From positions 1,860,001 through 1,892,000 of the forward strand of contig NC_006624.1 in the NCBI RefSeq assembly GCF_000009965.1: a DNA stretch of 32,000 nt. Direction: 5' to 3'. The DNA comes from Thermococcus kodakarensis KOD1. GTDB taxonomy: Archaea; Methanobacteriota_B; Thermococci; Thermococcales; Thermococcaceae. A model generated the notes under the pieces. It did no database searches, was not told where the DNA came from, and saw only the letters and a list, made by a program, of their open reading frames with translations. The translations under genes were made by a program, and so were the position numbers. Shown in pieces: positions 13,903 to 21,698 of this stretch (the first letter of the stretch is position 1; each line of letters begins with the position of its first letter).

Positions 13903-15443
13903 ACGGCGAGACGATCTTACCCTACCTGATTATCGTCCCGCTCTTTGGAGCGTTCTCAATGCCGATAGTGAGCCTCGCAGGGAAAAAAGCCAGAGAAGCG
14001 TGGGCGGTCATTATCTCTGGAATAACTCTCCTGGTTGGCTCCGCGGTCTTTTATTCAGTCTATGAAAACGGCCCGATACTCTACACCCTCGGCGCTAAGA
14101 GCCCGTTCGGCCAGGGAGCCAGCTTCCCGGTCAGGATAGTCTGGGAGGTTGACCTGCTCTCAGCGTTGATGGTGCTCATGGTGACCCTCGTCGCGTTCCT
14201 TGCCGTTGTCTACTCGCTCGGCTACATGAAGCGCGACACGGGTCTGGACAAGTACTACACCCTAATCCTGATCCTCGAACTCGGAATGCTGGGCATAGCG
14301 ATAACCGGCGACCTCTTCAACTTCTACGTCTTCCTGGAGATAATGAGCATAGCCAGCTACGCCCTCGTCGCCTTCAGGAACGACACCTGGGAGGGCATCG
14401 AGGCGGGCATAAAGTACATGTTCGTGGGTTCAATAGCGAGCTCGCTCGTCCTCCTCGGAATAGCGCTCCTCTACGGCCAGTACGGGACGCTGACGATGGG
14501 CTACCTCGCGATCAAGCTGTCTCAGAACCCGAGCGTTGTTGCCAAGGTGGCTTTAGCCTTCTTCATAGCGGGTCTGCTCTTCAAGAGTGGTGCTTCTCCT
14601 GTTCACATGTGGCTGGCTGATGCCCATCCAGCAGCCCCCAGCTCGATTTCAGCAATGCTCTCTGGCCTGGTCATCAAGATAGGCGGTGTCTACGCCCTGG
14701 CGAGGATACTCTTCAGCATCTACGGGGCGAGCGTCAGCATGAAGACCGTCGGCTGGGTGATCATAATCTTCGCCTGCATAACCCTCATAGTAGGCAACGC
14801 GATGGCGGTAATACAGACCGATATGAAGCGCCTTCTGGCCTACTCCTCCGTCGGGCAGATAGGTTACATCCTCCTCGGCCTCGGAATAGGTTTGGCAGCC
14901 TACGGAAGCAGAACTGGAGATATTGCCCTCGCTGGAGCGATATATCACACCTTCAACCACGCCCTCATGAAGGCGCTCCTCTCCCTCATAGCTGGAGCGG
15001 TTATACACGAGCTCGGAACGAGGAACCTCAACGAACTGAGCGGTTTGGCCAGGACAATGCCGAAAACAACGTTCGCCTTCCTCATCGGAGCGGCCGCGAT
15101 AATCGGAATGCCGCCGCTGAACGGATTCGCGAGCAAGTGGCTCATCTACGAGAGTTCTGCGATCTTCAACCCGGTTCTCGGTGCAATAGCGATAATTGGA
15201 ACTGCATTCTGTACGGCGGCCTACGTCAGGGTTCTCTACACCTTCTTCGGAAGGCCGAGCGAGAAGGTCATGAACGCCAGAGACCCGGAGGCGAGCATGC
15301 TCTGGCCGATGATAATCCTGGCTTTGGCAATAATCATCATGGGACTCTTCCCGTGGCAGATAAGCGACAAAGTCATGATTCCAGCGGCTAAGGCCCTCGA
15401 AAACCAGCTCGGATACATAGCAACACTGATGGGGGGTGCCTGA
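13899..15443 (+). CDS. mbhH: MbhH (MrpD/NuoL-M-N-like antiporter-type subunit)
   Basis: 514-aa polytopic protein with proton-pumping-subunit motifs (FNFYVFLEIMSIASYALV, GASPVHMWLADAH, LAYSSVGQIGY). ATGA overlap. Confidence 0.9.
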   Translation: MNGETILPYLIIVPLFGAFSMPIVSLAGKKAREAWAVIISGITLLVGSAVFYSVYENGPILYTLGAKSPFGQGASFPVRIVWEVDLLSALMVLMVTLVAFLAVVYSLGYMKRDTGLDKYYTLILILELGMLGIAITGDLFNFYVFLEIMSIASYALVAFRNDTWEGIEAGIKYMFVGSIASSLVLLGIALLYGQYGTLTMGYLAIKLSQNPSVVAKVALAFFIAGLLFKSGASPVHMWLADAHPAAPSSISAMLSGLVIKIGGVYALARILFSIYGASVSMKTVGWVIIIFACITLIVGNAMAVIQTDMKRLLAYSSVGQIGYILLGLGIGLAAYGSRTGDIALAGAIYHTFNHALMKALLSLIAGAVIHELGTRNLNELSGLARTMPKTTFAFLIGAAAIIGMPPLNGFASKWLIYESSAIFNPVLGAIAIIGTAFCTAAYVRVLYTFFGRPSEKVMNARDPEASMLWPMIILALAIIIMGLFPWQISDKVMIPAAKALENQLGYIATLMGGA

Positions 15444-15444
15444 A

Positions 15445-15792
15445 ATGTTCGGTTATTGGGATGCCATTTACTTCGTCTTCGTCTTTATCATCGGCCTCAT
15501 CCTGGCTTATCTCCTCGACAAGTGGGCGAAGAGAAGCGGAATGGGAACGAGGGAAACCGGAGATGGGACGAAGATATTCATCAGCGGCGAAGATCCGGAC
15601 AGGATAATTCCCGGCTTCGAGCACCTGGAGGGCCACTACACGGGAAGAAACGTCATGTGGGGCCTAACCTACGCCCTCAAGAACTTCTTCACTGTGCTCA
15701 GGAGAGACCACACAGGCCTGCTCACTGACTACGCGAGCTACCTGGTGATAACGACGGCCTTCGTGCTGGGGGTGCTGCTGATATGGGGATGA
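15445..15792 (+). CDS. mbhI: MbhI (small membrane subunit)
   Basis: Its position in the operon and two or three hydrophobic helices. ATG 15445 follows GGGGGGTG by 6 nt. The track start GTG 15436 overlaps the end of mbhH. Confidence 0.75.
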   Translation: MFGYWDAIYFVFVFIIGLILAYLLDKWAKRSGMGTRETGDGTKIFISGEDPDRIIPGFEHLEGHYTGRNVMWGLTYALKNFFTVLRRDHTGLLTDYASYLVITTAFVLGVLLIWG

Positions 15793-15829
15793 AGGGTTTT
15801 CCGCGAGAGCTCTGCGGAGGTGGTAGCTG

Positions 15830-16360
15830 ATGGCGATAACAGTTCCCGCCAACCAAAACGGGCAGAAATCAAATCCATCGGAGCGCGAGAGGCTCGAAAA
15901 GAGAATAGCCCAGCTCTGCAGGTTCCTTGGAAAGTCGCCCTGGGTATTCCACGTAAACAGCGGCTCGTGCAACGGCTGCGACATCGAGATAATAGCCGCT
16001 CTAACACCGCGCTACGACGCTGAGCGCTTTGGAGTCAAGCTCGTCGGCAGCCCAAGGCACGCAGATATACTGGTCGTTACGGGCCCCGTGACCAACCAGA
16101 GCCTTGAGAGGGTTAAACTCGTCTACGAGCAGACACCAGACCCAAAGATAGTCATAGCCGTTGGAGCATGCCCAACCGGTGGAAGCGTCTTCTACGAGAG
16201 CCCGTTCACAAACGCCCCGCTGGACAGGGTTATCCCCGTGGACGTTTATGTTCCCGGCTGCCCGCCGAGGCCTGAGGCCATTCTACACGGCGTCGTTCTT
16301 GCCCTGGAGAAGCTCGCCAGGATGATTAAGGGGGAGGTTCCAGAGGAGGTGGGAGAATGA
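15830..16360 (+). CDS. mbhJ: MbhJ, hydrogenase small subunit (NuoB-like)
   Basis: Motifs SCNGCDIE, GACPTGG and PGCPPRPEA, which are the NuoB-type [4Fe-4S] ligands. GGAGGTGG SD box. Confidence 0.93.
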   Translation: MAITVPANQNGQKSNPSERERLEKRIAQLCRFLGKSPWVFHVNSGSCNGCDIEIIAALTPRYDAERFGVKLVGSPRHADILVVTGPVTNQSLERVKLVYEQTPDPKIVIAVGACPTGGSVFYESPFTNAPLDRVIPVDVYVPGCPPRPEAILHGVVLALEKLARMIKGEVPEEVGE

Positions 16361-16926
16361 GTGAAGCTAATCCCATTACCGAGGTTAACGAAGTCAAAGA
16401 ACCGACAAAGGCGGAGGATGTTGCAAGGAAAATAGCCGAGCGCTTCCCGAGCGCGAGCGTTGAGGTGAAGACCAACAAGTGGGGCAGACAGAGGGTCTGG
16501 GTGAGGGTTCCGAGGGAGGACTACAAGGCTTTGATGAGTTTCATCAAGGGGCTCGACCCAGAGGCCCACTACTCGATAGGAATAGAGCAGGACTGGGGAG
16601 AAGAGCTGGGCTTTCTCAGCCACATCCTTATCCACTACAGGGACGCTCCTGCGGTTTCACTCATCGTGGACGTCCACGCACCAAAGGACGACCCGGTGCT
16701 CCCAGATATCAGCGACGTCTTCCCGATAGCGCTCCAGTTCGAGAGGGAAGGCATGGAGATGGTCGGACTTGACTTCGAGGGTGCCCCCGACAAGAGGAGG
16801 CTATTCCTTCCAGATGACTTCCCAGAGGGCATCTACCCGCTCCGCCTCGACGATAAGGGCATTTCAGAGGAGATGGTACACAATGCGGGTCACCCATACT
16901 ACATCAAAGGGGGTGCGAAGAAATGA
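16357..16926 (+). CDS. mbhK: MbhK (NuoC-like)
   Basis: Complex-I 30-kDa-like region (FPIALQFEREGMEMVGLDFEG...RLFLPDDFPEG). ATGA overlap. Confidence 0.88.
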   Translation: MSEANPITEVNEVKEPTKAEDVARKIAERFPSASVEVKTNKWGRQRVWVRVPREDYKALMSFIKGLDPEAHYSIGIEQDWGEELGFLSHILIHYRDAPAVSLIVDVHAPKDDPVLPDISDVFPIALQFEREGMEMVGLDFEGAPDKRRLFLPDDFPEGIYPLRLDDKGISEEMVHNAGHPYYIKGGAKK

Positions 16927-18203
16927 CCGAAAAAGTCGAGTACTGGGTCAAAATACCCTTCGGTCCAATCCATCCAGGCCTTGAAGAGCCCGAGAAGTTC
17001 ATACTCACCCTAGACGGCGAGAGGATAGTTGACGTTGACGTCAAGCTCGGTTACAACCTTCGCGGAATCCAATGGATAGCCCTCAGGAGAAACTACATCC
17101 AAATAATGTACCTCGCCGAGAGGATGTGCGGAATCTGCTCCTTCTCTCACAACCACACCTACACGAGGGCCGTTGAGGAGGCTGGAGGCATAGAGGTGCC
17201 CGAGAGGGCCGAGTACATCCGCGTAATCATCGGCGAGCTTGAGAGGATTCACTCCCACCTCCTCAACCTCGGCGTTCTTGCCCACGACATAGGCTACGAC
17301 ACCCTGCTTCACCTCACCTGGCTGGCAAGGGAGAAGGTTATGGACACCCTTGAGGCCGTCTCAGGAAACCGCGTTAACTACTCGATGGTGACGATAGGCG
17401 GCGTCAGGAGGGACATCGACGAGAAGAAGAGAAGGATCATCGAGGAGATGATAAAGTACTACAGGGAAGTCTTCCCGCAGATAGAGGAGGCTTTCCTCCA
17501 CGATCCAACGATAGAGGCCCGTTTCAGGGACACAGCAGTGATAAGCAAGCGCGTTGCCCTGGAGCAGGGAGCCGTTGGCCCAACGGGAAGGGGGAGCGGA
17601 ATCAGGGACGACGCCCGCTGGAGCGAGGGGCTTGGGGTTTATCCGGACCTCGGCATAAAGCCGGTCATGCCGCAGGATGTAACGGGAGAGAGGCCGAGGG
17701 GGGACGTCTTCGACAGGATGGCTGTCAGGATAGGGGAGCTCTGGCAGAGCCTTGAGCTCATAGAGCACGCCCTCGATGCGATGCCCGACGGGCCGATAAA
17801 GACCTTCCCGAAGGACAACGTCCTCTACGCCAAGCTGAGGCTGATGGTTGACGGTGAGGGAATAGGCAGGTACGAGGCGCCGAGAGGAGAGTTGGTGCAC
17901 TACGTCCGCGGAAAGAAGGGAAGCGATAAGCCGCTCCGCTGGAAGCCGAGAGAGCCGACGTTCCCGAACCTCTTCGCGGTTGCCAGGGGAGTCATCGGCG
18001 ACCAGGTGGCGGACTTTGTGGTTGCGGTTGCTTCAATAGACCCGTGCCTGAGCTGTACCGACAGGGTTGCCGTTGTGCAGGACGGGAAGAAGAAAATCCT
18101 GACCGAGAAGGACCTCCTGAGGGAGTCGATAAAGAGGACGCGCGAGATCAACCCGGATATCAAGGGAGACCCGAGCCCGCTTGGTGTTGGCTGTGTGAGG
18201 TGA
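16923..18203 (+). CDS. mbhL: MbhL, group-4 [NiFe] hydrogenase large subunit (NuoD-like)
   Basis: Both Ni-Fe Cys pairs are present, RMCGICSFSH and DPCLSCTDR. This argues for Mbh rather than an Mbx/Mbs-type complex. ATGA overlap. Confidence 0.95.
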   Translation: MTEKVEYWVKIPFGPIHPGLEEPEKFILTLDGERIVDVDVKLGYNLRGIQWIALRRNYIQIMYLAERMCGICSFSHNHTYTRAVEEAGGIEVPERAEYIRVIIGELERIHSHLLNLGVLAHDIGYDTLLHLTWLAREKVMDTLEAVSGNRVNYSMVTIGGVRRDIDEKKRRIIEEMIKYYREVFPQIEEAFLHDPTIEARFRDTAVISKRVALEQGAVGPTGRGSGIRDDARWSEGLGVYPDLGIKPVMPQDVTGERPRGDVFDRMAVRIGELWQSLELIEHALDAMPDGPIKTFPKDNVLYAKLRLMVDGEGIGRYEAPRGELVHYVRGKKGSDKPLRWKPREPTFPNLFAVARGVIGDQVADFVVAVASIDPCLSCTDRVAVVQDGKKKILTEKDLLRESIKRTREINPDIKGDPSPLGVGCVR

Positions 18204-18207
18204 TAGC

Positions 18208-19200
18208 ATGGACGTGGTAAGCAACGTGGTTTACCCAATCGCGGGCCTGCTCGGCCTCTACACTTTCGTTTCACTTGCATCACTCGTCTGGGAGGGAATA
18301 GACAGGAAGTTAGTGGCCAGAATGCAGAGGAGAATTGGCCCGCCGATACTCCAGCCGATCTACGACTTCCTCAAGTTGGCCAGCAAGGAGACGATAATAC
18401 CGAACACCGCGAACTACATGTTCAGGGCCGCTCCTGTTCTGGCCTTGGCCACCGCTATAGCTCTCCTCGCCTACACGCCGATGGGCTTCACGCCGATTCT
18501 GGCGAGCAAGGGAGACGTCATCGTCTTCATCTACCTCTTAACCCTCATCAGCTTCTTCAAGATGCTCGGCGCAATAAGCTCGGGGAACCCGTACGCCAAG
18601 ATAGGTGCAGCGAGGGAAGCGACGATAATGGTCTCAAGGGAACCAGCCATGATGCTGGCGATATTCACAATAATGTGGCGCATTGGAAAGCTCGGCGTTG
18701 AGGAGCCCTTCAGCATGGGGACATTCTATCAGCACAACATATGGGAGATAGGGACTCCGATGAGCTTCGTAGGGGCCCTTATACTCCTCTACGTCTTTGC
18801 CGTCTGGCTGGCGAGCGAGATAGAGGTCGGGTTCTTCAACATACCCGATGCCGAGGAAGAGATAGCGGAGGGACTTCTCGTCGAGTACAGCGGAAGGTAT
18901 CTGGCACTCCTCAAGCTGACGCACTCGATAAAGGCCTTCATCTCAGCGTCGCTCGTTGTCGCGATATTCTTCCCGTGGGGAATCTCGGGCTACTTCGGGC
19001 TGAGTGGCCTCTCAGCGAACGTCGTTGACCTGCTCTTCCACACGCTTAAGGTATTCGTGGTTCTCTTCGTCGTCCAGAGCGTCTTCAGAGCTGTGACGGG
19101 GAGGCTGAAGATAACGCAGGCCGTTGACTTCCTCTGGAAGAACGTCTTCCTGGCCTCGCTGATCGGCTCGCTCCTCATAGCGATGGAGGTGATAATGTGA
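18208..19200 (+). CDS. mbhM: MbhM (NuoH/HycD-like membrane subunit)
   Basis: 330-aa polytopic protein with the NuoH-type N-terminal motif RKLVARMQRRIGP. GAGGTGA SD box. Confidence 0.9.
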   Translation: MDVVSNVVYPIAGLLGLYTFVSLASLVWEGIDRKLVARMQRRIGPPILQPIYDFLKLASKETIIPNTANYMFRAAPVLALATAIALLAYTPMGFTPILASKGDVIVFIYLLTLISFFKMLGAISSGNPYAKIGAAREATIMVSREPAMMLAIFTIMWRIGKLGVEEPFSMGTFYQHNIWEIGTPMSFVGALILLYVFAVWLASEIEVGFFNIPDAEEEIAEGLLVEYSGRYLALLKLTHSIKAFISASLVVAIFFPWGISGYFGLSGLSANVVDLLFHTLKVFVVLFVVQSVFRAVTGRLKITQAVDFLWKNVFLASLIGSLLIAMEVIM

Positions 19201-19628
19201 AGGCCCCAATTCTCGTCCCAGTGGTGCTCAGAAACCTCTTCAAGAAGCCGGCGACAAACCGCTTCCCGCAGACGGAGCCGGTTCCGATTCCCGAGGACTT
19301 CAGGGGAATGATAGCCTACAACGTGGACAAGTGCGTCGGCTGCAGGATGTGCGTCAACGTCTGTCCAGCTGGGGTCTTCGTTTACCTGCCGGAGATAAGG
19401 AAGGTGGCCCTCTGGACAGCTCGCTGTGTCTACTGCGGCCAGTGCGTTGACGTCTGTCCTACAGGGGCGCTCCAGCTCAGCAAGGACTTCCTGCTGGCCA
19501 GCTACGACAACCACGACGACAGGTTTATCCCTCTGAAGCCTGAAAAAGTCGAGGAGATAAAGAGGAAGCTGGAAGAGCAGAAGAAGGCCAAAGAGGCCGC
19601 GAAGAAGGAGAAGGAAGGGAAGGCATGA
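19197..19628 (+). CDS. mbhN: MbhN (NuoI-like 2x[4Fe-4S] subunit) with a Lys/Glu-rich tail
   Basis: Motifs CVGCRMCVNVCPAG and CVYCGQCVDVCPTG. GTG start forming a GTGA overlap with mbhM. The C-terminus reads KRKLEEQKKAKEAAKKEKEGKA. Confidence 0.9.
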   Translation: MKAPILVPVVLRNLFKKPATNRFPQTEPVPIPEDFRGMIAYNVDKCVGCRMCVNVCPAGVFVYLPEIRKVALWTARCVYCGQCVDVCPTGALQLSKDFLLASYDNHDDRFIPLKPEKVEEIKRKLEEQKKAKEAAKKEKEGKA

Positions 19629-20162
19629 TTACGCCGTCACCTTTACTTTTATTCCATACTGTTCAACGCTGAAGCCCATGAGCTCAGCCTCGCCCTTGAG
19701 CCTCTGGTAATGGGCCCACTCTACGTTGGCAAGGTATTGGTAGACCTTTCTGGCCTCCTCGTTCTCCGTTATTGAGGCGAGATGTCTGTACAGCTCCATC
19801 GCAACGAGCTCGGTCTCCATCGCTATTGCGAGAACTTTGGGTATGTTCTCCGGGTCTTCAAAGGCCTTTGAGAGAACCTCCGCTTCAATGTACGGCAGGT
19901 CAACTTTTTTCGGTTCTTCACCGTAGGTTTTAACGTATATCCTCTTCAGAGTGTCCCCGTGCTCCTCAGATTCCTTGGCCAGCTTCCTGAAGGCAGAGAG
20001 GAGACCGGGCGGAAGCCTAAGCTCCTCAGCTTTTTTCGCGAGCCCCCAGTAAATCCTGGCCTCCTCATATTCGCCCCAGATCCAGTAGGAGAGGATTTCG
20101 CGCTCGGAGAGCCCAAGCAACATATCTTTGAACCTTTCCAGAGTCTCTTCAAGGTCTTCCAT
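19629..20162 (-). CDS. ferritin-like (rubrerythrin/erythrin-type four-helix-bundle) protein, paralog 3
   Basis: 177 aa. Putative metal ligands on four predicted helices: GEYEEA, ESEEH, AMETE and NVEWAHY. Clearly alignable with the two upstream paralogs. ATG 20162 overlaps the previous gene by 14 nt. Confidence 0.65.
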   Translation of the reverse strand: MEDLEETLERFKDMLLGLSEREILSYWIWGEYEEARIYWGLAKKAEELRLPPGLLSAFRKLAKESEEHGDTLKRIYVKTYGEEPKKVDLPYIEAEVLSKAFEDPENIPKVLAIAMETELVAMELYRHLASITENEEARKVYQYLANVEWAHYQRLKGEAELMGFSVEQYGIKVKVTA

Positions 20163-20634
20163 TGACGATACCCCCTGCCAGCTTTTTCAGGGACTCATAG
20201 TGTCCCCTCTCAACGTCCGCCAGCGTGAGATAAACCCTTTTGAGCTCCTCCTTTTTGCACTCCTCCGCGAGCTTTCTGTATATCGTCTCGGCCAGCTTCT
20301 CGCTCTCCATCGCTATCTCCAAAACGTCCTTCAAATCCTCGACCTTCCAGAACTTGCCGAGGACGTTGAGGGATTCAACGTTCGGAACGTTCACCTCGAC
20401 CAGCTCGTCCCCGTAGTTCTGGCGGTAGATTTTGTAGAGCTCGTCGCCGTGCCCCTTTGACTCGTCACCGAGCCTCTTGAAAGTGTTGACAACTTCCTCT
20501 GGCAGTCCAAGCTCCTTAGCACGCTCGGCGAGCTTCCAGTACGTTTCAGCCTCTTCGTATTCACCTTTAATCCAGTAGCTTAACAGCTCCCTCTCGTCCA
20601 GCTTCCTTATCTCGTTAAGGATCTCCACGACCAT
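20149..20634 (-). CDS. ferritin-like protein, paralog 2
   Basis: Motifs GEYEEA, DESKGH, AMESE and DVERGHY. I prefer ATG 20634 (GGTGA 5 nt upstream) over the track's GTG 20643. Confidence 0.65.
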   Translation of the reverse strand: MVVEILNEIRKLDERELLSYWIKGEYEEAETYWKLAERAKELGLPEEVVNTFKRLGDESKGHGDELYKIYRQNYGDELVEVNVPNVESLNVLGKFWKVEDLKDVLEIAMESEKLAETIYRKLAEECKKEELKRVYLTLADVERGHYESLKKLAGGIVNGRP

Positions 20635-20635
20635 T

Positions 20636-21115
20636 TCAATCACCCAGCTTTTCGTATTCCGCCTTCAGGGCCTCGTAATGGGTCCTCTCAACCTCAGCGA
20701 GTTTGAGGTAGAGTTCCTTCAGCCGTTCATCTTCCACCTTCTCGGCGAGAAGCTTGTAAACCTTATGGGCGGTCAGCTCGCTCTCCATCGCAGCCTCAAG
20801 GACTTCTTTTATCTGGTCTGCCCTCTCGAACTTGTTGAGAACTGATAGAACTTCTACCGGCGGTATGTCAGTCTTCGGCTCCCTTGAAAAGCTCTCCTTG
20901 AAGATTTTCGTCAGCTCCTCGGCGTGCCTCTGGGAGTCTTTTGAGAGCTTTTCAAAGACCTTGACAATACTCTCCCCAAGACCGAGCGCCCTTGCTCTCT
21001 CGGCGAGCTCCTTGTAGAGCTTTGCCTCTTCCCTCTCCCCACTTATCCAGTAGGCTAAGGCCTCTTCGTAGCTCAGCTTTGAGAGCATCTCAATGACCTC
21101 ATCAACGTCCATCAT
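20636..21115 (-). CDS. ferritin-like protein, paralog 1
   Basis: Motifs GEREEA, KDSQRH, AMESE and EVERTHY. The start is ambiguous: GTG 21124 (track), or ATG 21115 or 21112. Confidence 0.62.
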   Translation of the reverse strand: MMDVDEVIEMLSKLSYEEALAYWISGEREEAKLYKELAERARALGLGESIVKVFEKLSKDSQRHAEELTKIFKESFSREPKTDIPPVEVLSVLNKFERADQIKEVLEAAMESELTAHKVYKLLAEKVEDERLKELYLKLAEVERTHYEALKAEYEKLGD

Positions 21116-21154
21116 TTTGACCACAGTGGGAAAACGGTGCCCACCCTAATAAGC

Positions 21155-21637
21155 CTATTCCTCTACCTCGAAGCGGAGAAGCTCCCCACGCCTGAGAACT
21201 CCCACTCCAGCTTTCTTCCCGAGGACTTCAACGATGACGGTGTAGTCTGGATCACTCAGATTCACCGGCAGGTTATAGCGCTCGACTATGAGCGAGCCGA
21301 GCTTTCTCTCAAGCTCCCGCTGGGAGAGTTTTTTGTTTCCCCTGACTTTTGCCCTCACCGCAAAGCTACCCTGGATTCTCTCAGCGAGGTTTAGTACTGC
21401 ATCAGCTATCTCGTCAAAGGAGGCCCTCACAAGGACTTCCAGCGGCACAACCCTTTGGATTGCCTGCGTTTCAAAATCTTTGAGCCTTCGAAGCGCTTCT
21501 TCCTTTGATAGGGGAGTTTCAGCGAGCAGGACACCCCTCCAATCGGTTCCATGAACCTTAACCTTTTCAAGCGCCCACTCCAGCTCGAGTATTGCATCGC
21601 CTTCCCTTCCCTGCGGGCATGTTACCAGGAGAATCAT
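21155..21637 (-). CDS. stand-alone THUMP-domain protein (predicted RNA-binding)
   Basis: 160 aa. The N-terminal MILLVTCPQGREGDAILE and the C-terminal block FAVRAKVRGNKKLSQRELERKLGSLIV...DYTVIVEVLGKKAGVGVL resemble the THUMP fold. No catalytic domain is attached. Confidence 0.65.
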   Translation of the reverse strand: MILLVTCPQGREGDAILELEWALEKVKVHGTDWRGVLLAETPLSKEEALRRLKDFETQAIQRVVPLEVLVRASFDEIADAVLNLAERIQGSFAVRAKVRGNKKLSQRELERKLGSLIVERYNLPVNLSDPDYTVIVEVLGKKAGVGVLRRGELLRFEVEE

Positions 21638-21698
21638 ATCAGCTCACCGATGGACAGGTTTTTATATTCCGAAGGACATTCTAAATCGGTGAGGTGAA

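Noticed and set aside
17361-17900. 179-aa minus-strand ORF, plus other internal or antisense ORFs in the track (for example 3168-3749, 3783-4268, 5431-5949, 7290-7781, 9098-9577, 18990-19514, 23738-24322, 25087-25713, 29446-29973)
   Set aside because: Each lies wholly inside a confidently assigned gene on the other strand or in another frame, lacks an SD box or promoter, and encodes a motif-free, Arg/Pro/Gly- or Val/Leu-rich sequence.
16923-18203. Possibility that the 14-gene cluster is Mbx/Mbs (sulfane reductase) rather than Mbh
   Set aside because: Both CxxC pairs that ligate the NiFe site are intact in the large subunit (RMCGICSFSH and DPCLSCTDR). The gene order is mbhA-N with a SurR activation-type site. 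Mbx/Mbs-type catalytic subunits, as I recall, lack part of these cysteines.
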